Positions 1-8,447 of a DNA stretch of 64,000 bases are shown here, one piece after another. How positions within the stretch are numbered: position 1 is the first letter of the stretch; each line of letters starts with the position of its first letter. The position numbers and the translations under genes were made by a program. The notes beneath the pieces were generated by a model. That model was not told the DNA's origin and did not search any database. It worked only from the letters and a program-made list of their open reading frames with translations. Origin of the DNA: a virus (Duplodnaviria; Heunggongvirae; Uroviricota; Caudoviricetes); the IMG/VR virus record IMGVR_UViG_3300028584_001240; one strand, written 5' to 3'.

Positions 1-169
1 AAGAAAGAGCATAAAAAAATAATCTGTTTTCAACATATCAAGAAACATTACTTCATTTAATGTCTCTGCAAGTTCAGGTGTAATAAGATACTCTGTCAAA
101 GGTTTTTTAACATAGTCTTCTGGTTTAAATAATTTTTCAAATTTCATAAATCTCTCCAGTTGGATAATG

Positions 170-853
170 TTAACACATAGCCATTTCGATAAGAATCGCG
201 TCATCATCAGTAAATAAATTAACTAATTTCAAATAATCACTTTCAGCACTTACATCTATTTCTGGTCTGCCCAATGCATTTAACAGTTTGTTCAATGGAT
301 AGCATTTGTTATTTATAAAATATAAAACGTCTTTAATAATGCCTTTATTTAAACAAAAAGAAGATAAATAGCATTTTGAGTGAAGGCTATTATGAACAAC
401 AAATTGATAATAAATGCTGCCATCATTATAACGAGAGAATGAGGTTTTTTTAACTATATGAAAATCTTTATCACTTCTGTAAGTGATTTCATAAAAACTT
501 CCGTCATAATTAAATACGATGGATCGAACATCGCCCTCTTTGTAAGATATCATTAAAACAGTAAAAAGACGTTTATTATCTATGGTAACCTTTTGAAAAA
601 GGATAGTTGTCGTTTTGTTGGTGAATTTTAATGTAGTGCTTTTTGCTGGCATAACTGTCTTGTCTACCTGATATCCATGCATTTCCATGAATGGGCAAAA
701 TGTTTCTTTATCCATAGAAAAATAAAGATTATTAGACAACAACCTATCAGCACTCAATAAATAATCCAATGATGGAACAAATGCCCGATGATCTGTAATC
801 ATATTATTGGGCAAATGGTTCTCATTCATAATAGGTAATAGATTAGGTAACAT
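170..853 (-). CDS. Hypothetical protein with C-terminal LxxMxx(I/C) motif
   Basis: 227-aa ORF ending LIEMAMC; real start may be the ATG at 829. Confidence 0.7.
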   Translation of the reverse strand: MLPNLLPIMNENHLPNNMITDHRAFVPSLDYLLSADRLLSNNLYFSMDKETFCPFMEMHGYQVDKTVMPAKSTTLKFTNKTTTILFQKVTIDNKRLFTVLMISYKEGDVRSIVFNYDGSFYEITYRSDKDFHIVKKTSFSRYNDGSIYYQFVVHNSLHSKCYLSSFCLNKGIIKDVLYFINNKCYPLNKLLNALGRPEIDVSAESDYLKLVNLFTDDDAILIEMAMC

Positions 854-1007
854 CAGTAGGATTCTTTAAGGCACCTGAGCAGGGAACTTCAAGTTCTACC
901 CAGCCATCACGCGGCAAAGTAGCTTCCTTGACATCATAATCAAGATCTTCGATTTCTACTTCGGTCACAGAAGATTCAGCAATATCAGCCATCAATGATT
1001 TGTTCAT
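843..1007 (-). CDS. Small acidic hypothetical protein
   Basis: ORF MNKSLMADIAES..., part of track ORF 843..1058; start chosen at the internal ATG. Confidence 0.45.
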   Translation of the reverse strand: MNKSLMADIAESSVTEVEIEDLDYDVKEATLPRDGWVELEVPCSGALKNPTDVT

Positions 1008-1146
1008 AGTTTTAAAACTCCATCTGGTTATTAATATGTAGACACTATAATAACACAAGACAACCTAAATTTAAAGAGTTTTTTAAAAAAGATTGACTAT
1101 CTTTGAAGAATGTTGTATTTTATAAATCTTAATTATGAGGCGTATT

Positions 1147-2244
1147 ATGGATGGGAAAATAGTTTTTTGTAAAGATGGAATACTAAGGTTTCAATCAGAC
1201 GTTGATCACAAACGTCTTGTACCTATGCTCGCTATTCAAAAAGCACTAGGGCTGGATGGATATAAGTTCTTTATCCAGAATGTGAAGAAAGTCATTCTAC
1301 TGGAAAAAGGCACAACGTTGGGTTCATTCATGCTTTGCTTAGAGCCTTGGGCAGAAGCGGCTGGTGATATTCTCGCTATGGATGTAGAAGCGTATATCAA
1401 AGAAGCTCGTAAACTATCTGCAGCAAAAAATGCTTTTGACCGAATTGAAGTCAGACGTAACATGTCAGTGAGTCGTGAAGTTAATTTCGGTAAAATGCCA
1501 GAAGGCATGGATTTTATTGAGTGGCTTAACACACCAAAAGAACCTGAGTATCTTAATTTCTTCGAATTAGAATCATCTTTTGACATTAATGGTTACAAAG
1601 ATGGAGATCCAAGCAATTACTCAATGTCTATGACTAGCATTGATGAGCTTAAAAACGTTCCACTTATTCTTAACAGATCGGTTGTCTTCATAGAGTTTGA
1701 AAGCCGTAATGCTGAAGATAAAGGTTTAGTTATCAATAAAGAGACTGTTGGCGTTAATCATTACGATTACATTAACTATGTTGAAAGTTCAAAAGAAGAC
1801 AGCGTAACACTTCTTGAAATCATCCAAGCTGTTTTTAGTGATGGACTATGGAGCTATTCTCCACAAAGTGCTGCGATTCAAAAAGAAATGCTTATTGCTT
1901 CAATGGATGAACTCGATGCTCAACGTGAAGACGATAAAAAAGCTCAAGAAATTGAAGATTCCAAACCAAAGCTAAAAGTGGTTGCTTCCGATGGCGAACT
2001 TGTCAATGATGATGATGAAGAACTTGATGAAAATGGTGAAAAAAGAATGGAAGTTAAAGTGGCTGATGGTGCATTCAGTTCTATTGGTCAACATTATGAA
2101 CGAGAAGGTCAAGAGTGGGAATACATCACCAGTCTAGTGGACAAAAGCAATATTATGATTGGTGTGATAGATGAAGATCCTGTAAAAGATCGCCGTCTAC
2201 GTGGTTGTTTACTGGATGAAGAACCAAAACCAAGAGAGTATTAA
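1147..2244 (+). CDS. Acidic hypothetical protein
   Basis: Long ORF, GAGG RBS before ATG 1147, terminator downstream. Confidence 0.75.
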   Translation: MDGKIVFCKDGILRFQSDVDHKRLVPMLAIQKALGLDGYKFFIQNVKKVILLEKGTTLGSFMLCLEPWAEAAGDILAMDVEAYIKEARKLSAAKNAFDRIEVRRNMSVSREVNFGKMPEGMDFIEWLNTPKEPEYLNFFELESSFDINGYKDGDPSNYSMSMTSIDELKNVPLILNRSVVFIEFESRNAEDKGLVINKETVGVNHYDYINYVESSKEDSVTLLEIIQAVFSDGLWSYSPQSAAIQKEMLIASMDELDAQREDDKKAQEIEDSKPKLKVVASDGELVNDDDEELDENGEKRMEVKVADGAFSSIGQHYEREGQEWEYITSLVDKSNIMIGVIDEDPVKDRRLRGCLLDEEPKPREY

Positions 2245-2249
2245 AAGAT

Positions 2250-2276
2250 AAGAGCAACTAAGGTTGCTCTTTTTTT
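2250..2276. terminator. Bidirectional intrinsic terminator
   Basis: aagagcaac-taag-gttgctctt plus T-run between convergent genes. Confidence 0.8.
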
Positions 2277-2704
2277 ATCTTGTTATGAAGTGTTTTTGCT
2301 GTGGCTAACATGATGACTTCAAGCAAACCTACAATGACTGCAAACGTCTGCGATAAAGATCCTGCCTGCGGCAGAACAAATGGAAGCACTAGACCAATAA
2401 TCAATAACCAATGGTAGAACAAAAAGCTAAAATTAATAGTCAAAGCTTCTGGAATTGAAGACAATAGTGCATATTTTACTTGCTCCGAGGCACTGTCGAT
2501 GGTAGCCATACGATAAATCATCAAAGAAGACATTACCACAAAATAAACAGTCATAATAAGGTAAACACAACGAGCCAAATGGGAGTCATTAAAAAAATAT
2601 AAAAAAGCGGAACCTGAATAAAGTCCTGCGGCAAGATATCCAAGCACATCAGAGATGTATTTCAATTTTTTTTCAAAGACTAGGCTTTCAGTATTTGTCG
2701 TCAT
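2258..2704 (-). CDS. Membrane protein (about 4 TM), Lys-rich C-terminus
   Basis: Hydrophobic segments; ends KIKKEQP; start at MTTNTE. Confidence 0.65.
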   Translation of the reverse strand: MTTNTESLVFEKKLKYISDVLGYLAAGLYSGSAFLYFFNDSHLARCVYLIMTVYFVVMSSLMIYRMATIDSASEQVKYALLSSIPEALTINFSFLFYHWLLIIGLVLPFVLPQAGSLSQTFAVIVGLLEVIMLATAKTLHNKIKKEQP

Positions 2705-3408
2705 GATGCACTCCGTATTTATAGCTATTATAACATAAACATATTGAAAATGGTAGCCACTTCGAGACTTTAAAATGTACATTAAAAAGGAAAAACCATA
2801 TAAAAAGTATGCTTATTTGATATATGTCAATATCATGTAATATTGAAAAGTTAAGGTAAATGATAGATATAGAAAACCCCCTTTTAATAGAGTTTTTTTA
2901 CTAAAGTTTCATTTAAATTTATATATGTGTTTTGATATAATTATTTAAAAACTGTAACCTGTAAACACACGTTATTCAGGCTATTGATGTACAAATTTCC
3001 GTTAAAATATAAATAGCCATTTTTTAAATGAATGCAAAAAACAAGGCCAAAATTTTAAAAAATGTGATTTAATGTACATTTTTAAAGTTTTGTTATTCTT
3101 ATAATATGAAAATGTGTTATTTTTCCTATCTAATATAATTAAGATTGATTTTTTTATGAGAAAATTGTAGATGTAAAAAACCCACCAAGTGGTGGTGATA
3201 TTCTCCAATTTGGACAACGTTCAAATGAATTTTTCTGTAATGTGGTATAAGTTCGCGGATTCAGTCGATATGAGAAACTGCCACTATGCTTTTTTTTATA
3301 TACCACTAATATCAATATAGATATAATAAAATAAAAGTCAATAGTGAAAATAATAATTGAATAAAAAATAATTTAATGTATAATTTGAAGATTGCGTGAG
3401 GTGCTAAA

Positions 3409-4200
3409 ATGTGGGTTATTCAAAATAATTTAAACTTTGAAATTGGTATTGACAATATAAAAAACATCTTGAAATCTAACAATATTGAATTGGTCGAAAT
3501 TGATATTTACAAAAATGATGAAAATATGTATTTTAAAGACACTTTTGATAAATTTGACCCTGTGAACAAGAATAACATATTTGTGTTAGGTTCTTATCGA
3601 CTATCAAGAATGGCAACGGAGAAAGGTTTTTCACCCGGTTCATTTTCAAATGACCACTTTAACTATGCCAGTTGGACACAAAATTGGACAAAAGAATACA
3701 TGTTGAATGGTGAATACCTTAAACAAAAGGTAACCGATATCCAAATACCAGAAGATTGGGATTCTGTTTTTGCTCGTCCATTGGAAGATGATAAATTAAT
3801 CACAGGTGGATTATTTAAGAAAGAAGACTTATTGATGGCCCTTGCAACTAAAATAACTGATGCCCATAAAGATAAGTTCTTAATCATCTCTGAAAAGAAA
3901 ACCATATTGGCTGAGTACCGATTATTTGTTATTGATGGAAAGATAGTGACAGGCAGCCTATACAAAATACGTGGACAACTCATCACTTCGGATGCTATTG
4001 ACAAAGAAGCCTTGGCATTTGCACAGAAAATGGTTAATTTGTGGACGCCAAGCCAAGCGTTTGTTCTAGACATTGCTTTAACTGATAAAGGTCCGAAAAT
4101 CATTGAAGTGAATAACATTAGTTCGGCTGGTTTATATAAGTCTGATGTGAATAAGATAGTCACTGAAATGGAATTACTGCTAGAAAAATTAAAATGTTAA
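3409..4200 (+). CDS. ATP-grasp domain protein, R2K-clade-like (DUF4343-like)
   Basis: Motifs FARPLEDDKLITGG, EYRLFVIDGKIVTGSLY, FVLDIA...IIEVNNISSAGLY. Confidence 0.8.
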   Translation: MWVIQNNLNFEIGIDNIKNILKSNNIELVEIDIYKNDENMYFKDTFDKFDPVNKNNIFVLGSYRLSRMATEKGFSPGSFSNDHFNYASWTQNWTKEYMLNGEYLKQKVTDIQIPEDWDSVFARPLEDDKLITGGLFKKEDLLMALATKITDAHKDKFLIISEKKTILAEYRLFVIDGKIVTGSLYKIRGQLITSDAIDKEALAFAQKMVNLWTPSQAFVLDIALTDKGPKIIEVNNISSAGLYKSDVNKIVTEMELLLEKLKC

Positions 4201-4278
4201 ATATTATTTTTAAGTCTCATCCTTGATAAAAAACTACTTGGTGTTATAGTAATACGAATTAACATCAGGGGTTTATCA

Positions 4279-5115
4279 ATGAAAAATAAATTAGTACTAG
4301 GCATGGCACTATTAGGTGCCTTGACATTTAACGCACAGGCAGAATCAATAGACTTCTCAAAATTAACAGCACAAGACAAAGAAGAAATAGGTAAAATAGC
4401 CAGAGATTACATGGTAGCAAACCCAGAAGTATTGATTGAGATGTCAAATGGATTAAAGGCTAAACAAGAACAAGCACAGGCTTCTCAATTAAAAGATGCC
4501 GCACAAATCGCTATTGAATTACAAGACCAAGTATTAAACGATAAAGACACCCCATTTATCGGGCCTGAAAATGCAAAAATTGCTGTCATTGAATTTTTTG
4601 ACTATAACTGCATCTATTGCTCCAGAGTTGCACCAGAATTAAAAGTGATTATGAAAAACAACCCTGATATAAAGTTTGTATTTAAAGAGATGCCTATTTT
4701 TGAAGATAGCTTCCCAACCTCTAAATTAGCTGCACAATTAGCCAACAAAGTCTTACAAGAAAAAGGTAATGAAGCCTACCTTAAATACCATGATGCTATT
4801 TATGAAACAAAACATTTTGAAGGTGAGTTAACAGTGGCTGATGTTGAAAAGGCTGCAAAACTTGTTGGTGTAGATCCAAAATTAAAACCTAATGAATACA
4901 AAGATAAAATTGATAAGAATATGGAATTGGCTAAAAAAATTGGGATTCATGGAACACCAGCCTTTATATTTATGCCAACCAGTAATCAAAACGACGACAA
5001 TACACTGGTATTAATGCAAGCAGCCAGTAAAGAACAACTGCAAGATATTATCAATCAGTTAAGAGTTAAAATTGGTGATGGTGAAGTTATTGCAGAAACT
5101 CCAGCTAAAAAATAA
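4279..5115 (+). CDS. Periplasmic thioredoxin-fold oxidoreductase, ScsC/DsbA-like
   Basis: Signal peptide, N-terminal helical extension (YMVANPEVL), EFFDYNCIYC CxxC site, GIHGTPAF cis-Pro loop. Confidence 0.88.
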   Translation: MKNKLVLGMALLGALTFNAQAESIDFSKLTAQDKEEIGKIARDYMVANPEVLIEMSNGLKAKQEQAQASQLKDAAQIAIELQDQVLNDKDTPFIGPENAKIAVIEFFDYNCIYCSRVAPELKVIMKNNPDIKFVFKEMPIFEDSFPTSKLAAQLANKVLQEKGNEAYLKYHDAIYETKHFEGELTVADVEKAAKLVGVDPKLKPNEYKDKIDKNMELAKKIGIHGTPAFIFMPTSNQNDDNTLVLMQAASKEQLQDIINQLRVKIGDGEVIAETPAKK

Positions 5116-5129
5116 TAATTGAAATAAAT

Positions 5130-5155
5130 AAAAAGACCTGAAAAGGTCTTTTTTT
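5130..5155. terminator. Bidirectional intrinsic terminator
   Basis: aaaagacc-tgaaaa-ggtctttt inverted repeat between convergent genes. Confidence 0.75.
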
Positions 5156-5160
5156 GTTAA

Positions 5161-6219
5161 TCATATTGCCATCATTCTATAAAGCAAAATTGATTCGTTT
5201 GTGATCTCTTCCGGTGACACTCCAAGATTGAAAGTAATAAACGTTTTAATCCGATTTGAAATATAATTGTAGATCGCTTCATAACCCAATATATCAACTT
5301 TATCGTGTGTATAATGATCAATTTCAAGATACCTAAGAACATCTGTTTTAAATTGAAAGTAAAGTGTAACACTTAAATTTAAATCCTGTTCATATTCAAA
5401 AACTATGGAATACAAGAGAGTTGGAAGTATAAATTTATAATTAGAGAGATTGGTGTTAAATACCAACTCATAAGCAGCTCGATTATGTTTAAGGTTAGAT
5501 TCAAAACGAAGTAAAGCTTCAATCCTTTTAACTTGTTGCATAAGATTTTCACTAAATGCTCTTGTTAATGGAACAAAAAAATCTTCTGGCGGTCGTGAAA
5601 AACTATGAAAATAGGTTGCACAATCAGCTTTACTGCAATAAGTAAGGTCTTTGTTGTTCAAGTTTTCGTTTCTTATCTCATCAAGTGTTTTTTTATCTCG
5701 CTCATTAAATTCCTGAATGGTCATGTCTTTATCAATAAATAGAGCAAGTTTTTCTAATAATTCAGAATAATGGGCTTCAAATTTTTTGTTATCAATGCGT
5801 GAACTATCCTTCAAAAATAGTGAACTAAAATAAATATCTTCAGGCGTCGTTTTTGCTCTTTTTTCTATTGAAAAATAAAGAACATTTCCAAAAGAAACTT
5901 GCACAAGACCTCTGTCATTGGTGTCAGAAACATCATAAATCTCAATTCTTAACTGTTTGTTACTGATGGTTGAATATTCTGTGTCAACATGATGAAGTAA
6001 ATCATATAACGATGACATTTGTTTTATTTTTGAAATGTTATAATTAGCATGCTCAGGTTTAAAGAGATTCACCATAAATTGATAATCTCGTGGACTTCTA
6101 TTCAGTAAATAAACATTTGATCGACTGGCTCGAATAAAAGAACAATTATCTAAATCATAAAAGGATTTTATCTCTGATAAAAGTAAATCATAAGGTTGTG
6201 TCACTTTGAATTTCTCCAA
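5161..6219 (-). CDS. Hypothetical protein with C-terminal LxxMxxI motif
   Basis: 352-aa ORF, TTG start, ends LYRMMAI. Confidence 0.7.
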   Translation of the reverse strand: MEKFKVTQPYDLLLSEIKSFYDLDNCSFIRASRSNVYLLNRSPRDYQFMVNLFKPEHANYNISKIKQMSSLYDLLHHVDTEYSTISNKQLRIEIYDVSDTNDRGLVQVSFGNVLYFSIEKRAKTTPEDIYFSSLFLKDSSRIDNKKFEAHYSELLEKLALFIDKDMTIQEFNERDKKTLDEIRNENLNNKDLTYCSKADCATYFHSFSRPPEDFFVPLTRAFSENLMQQVKRIEALLRFESNLKHNRAAYELVFNTNLSNYKFILPTLLYSIVFEYEQDLNLSVTLYFQFKTDVLRYLEIDHYTHDKVDILGYEAIYNYISNRIKTFITFNLGVSPEEITNESILLYRMMAI

Positions 6220-6313
6220 TCTAAGAAAACAACCTTATTTTAACATAATTACCATAAAAAAGCCAACTATATCGCTATAGCTGGCTTAATATATTAAATA
6301 TTTGAATTGAACA

Positions 6314-7498
6314 TCAAGGTTTGAATTTTGGCTTCTTTGCTTGAACAGGAGCCGCCATCAACTTAACATCAATCACATTCAACCCTTTTTTACGGAAGCC
6401 TTCAATTACACGGTCAGTATCATCATAAACAGCTACAACACGTTCCAGTCCAATATATTTTGAAATCCAAGAAGGCTTAATGACATAATCGGGAACTCGG
6501 TTTTCTGGGCTACGCAATTTGATACGGTCATAACAAACACCATAATCTTCCATAGATTTAATTGTTTTGTCCATGATTCTATCTACTCGCCCACTCATCA
6601 ACCAAATTTCGAAACCTTTAGCACGATATTCTTTGGTCAAGTCAATAATGTGTTGAATAGGTGTATCCAAGTGACACAAGTCAAAATAGTTATCCCAATC
6701 TTTCACATCACGGTATTGAGCACGATGTTTCTCATCCAGCAAAGTACCATCAATATCGAATACAACCACGGGTGGCAAGATGATTTCTTTTTTACAATCG
6801 AAGACTTCACGCACACCTTGATAATCAGTTGCATACAATTCATGCTTTTCAACTTTACGAACAGTTTCTTTCAAGTAAGTGCCAAAATCAGCCCACATTT
6901 TTTGCAATGCGTCTACAGGTTCGCCTTCTTTACGCTGCAAGTAACCAGTCAACTCTGGGTAGTATTCAGCCACTGAGCTTTTAGTAAACAGTTCCACATT
7001 ATCTTTCAACAATGCCATAGTTTGACCTAACTGAAAGGCAAAGAACTTGTAGGTTTCAACCAACGACGATTTTTGATAGTCAGCCACATCACGCAAGTCA
7101 ATGCCAGCCAATACATCTAACTTGAACAACATATCAGCAGATTGCAATGCTTTTTTGACTTCTTCACGCTTTTCAGTGCGAGAATGATAAGACAGCAAAC
7201 CACGAACAGTACGAATCATTTTCAATGCATAAGAACGTGGTAAAGCTGCAGTGATTGGGTTCGCGGCGTCTTGTTTGTGCAGAGCATAGGTTGCCAGAAT
7301 AGAGTTGTTACACTCATCCACAGTACCTTTATAGCACCAGTTAACAACACCGTCTTTAACGCTCAAAAGATTGCCGTTCACTTCTTTGTAAGAATCGCAA
7401 AGCTTCTTGGCTTCTTGCATAGTAAGTGGTTCTGGAATGATGATATAGGCATCAATGTCCAAAGAATCTTCTGAGCCGTGTTTGATAACTGGATACAT
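6314..7498 (-). CDS. Nucleotidyltransferase-like domain fused to PNKP-type HAD phosphatase
   Basis: N-terminal HGSEDSLDID (hGS...DxD); C-terminal VFDIDGT, SGR, K and YDD HAD motifs as in the T4 PNK 3'-phosphatase; ends KKPKFKP. Confidence 0.75.
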   Translation of the reverse strand: MYPVIKHGSEDSLDIDAYIIIPEPLTMQEAKKLCDSYKEVNGNLLSVKDGVVNWCYKGTVDECNNSILATYALHKQDAANPITAALPRSYALKMIRTVRGLLSYHSRTEKREEVKKALQSADMLFKLDVLAGIDLRDVADYQKSSLVETYKFFAFQLGQTMALLKDNVELFTKSSVAEYYPELTGYLQRKEGEPVDALQKMWADFGTYLKETVRKVEKHELYATDYQGVREVFDCKKEIILPPVVVFDIDGTLLDEKHRAQYRDVKDWDNYFDLCHLDTPIQHIIDLTKEYRAKGFEIWLMSGRVDRIMDKTIKSMEDYGVCYDRIKLRSPENRVPDYVIKPSWISKYIGLERVVAVYDDTDRVIEGFRKKGLNVIDVKLMAAPVQAKKPKFKP

Positions 7499-7584
7499 AT
7501 TTAACTCCTTAATTTATTTTAATATTATATCAAAAAAAGATGATTAGGTCAACGAATATGAAATTGAATAATGAAATTCGTTTT

Positions 7585-8292
7585 TTAAAACATCATCATT
7601 TCAAGTAGTGTTATTTCTTCGGGCATCAAACTTTTATTCAAATTAATGCGGTCATAACCAACCAGTCGAGCCAAATCAGGATACAGTCGTTTTAAAGCAT
7701 GGAATTCAATAAAGCTAGTCGGAAATTTATCGTTATAATAGGTCACCTGCAATGGAGACATTGATTTATTATTAAACCGATATTGAGTAGCGTGCCATTT
7801 TTGTTTTTCGAACAGATAATCTTTAGTCGTTTTGGTTGATTTAACAGTGGTCAGATAAGCGTATTCTTTGCCATCAATAATAGTGATCGGTGGTGTTTTA
7901 CCATAGATTGCATAGTTTTCAATATAGGGTTTACCACTGCCATGATAACTAATGAACGCTGGCTGACTATTTTCTCTATGATAAACTTTCTTGGACGTTG
8001 AGAAAAAATGTTTATTAAACATATAAGCAATACCTGTACCCAACTTATCTGGATTACTGAATGAGATATAAATGGTTGTATCTGTCGATTTATCAATAAA
8101 ACGATAAGTGACTCCATTAAGCGTAATAGCATGATCAACACTTTCTCTACCTTGTAGTTTTTCAAAACCAAAAGATTCAATAATACTGATTTCTGAAGTA
8201 GCATCTTTGGAATTGGTCAATCGAACAGTATCCTTGTCAGAATAAACAATTGCCATGAATTCTTCTTTGGTTGTAAAATTTAAAAACGCCAT
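7585..8292 (-). CDS. Hypothetical protein with C-terminal LxxMxxF motif
   Basis: Ends LLEMMMF; weak resemblance to 170..853. Confidence 0.7.
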   Translation of the reverse strand: MAFLNFTTKEEFMAIVYSDKDTVRLTNSKDATSEISIIESFGFEKLQGRESVDHAITLNGVTYRFIDKSTDTTIYISFSNPDKLGTGIAYMFNKHFFSTSKKVYHRENSQPAFISYHGSGKPYIENYAIYGKTPPITIIDGKEYAYLTTVKSTKTTKDYLFEKQKWHATQYRFNNKSMSPLQVTYYNDKFPTSFIEFHALKRLYPDLARLVGYDRINLNKSLMPEEITLLEMMMF

Positions 8293-8380
8293 AAATATTC
8301 TCCACATTATTGGTGTCTCATAATATCACATGATAAGAAGATATGCTATCAAAAAATCATAAAAAAAAGCATAAATATGC

Positions 8381-8409
8381 TTGACTTAAGTGCTTTATGA
8401 GCGTATTAT
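8381..8409 (+). promoter_or_regulatory. sigma70-type promoter
   Basis: TTGACT-17-TATTAT with upstream A-tract, ahead of RBS AGGAG and ATG 8448. Confidence 0.75.
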
Positions 8410-8447
8410 TTGATGTTACATTAAATCAATTAGGAGAAATATTGAAC

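Noticed and set aside
2783-3408. Long AT-rich intergenic region as a replication origin; ORF 3002..3217
   Set aside because: No iterons, DnaA-box cluster or adjacent rep gene seen; divergent promoters explain it; the ORF is low-complexity with no RBS
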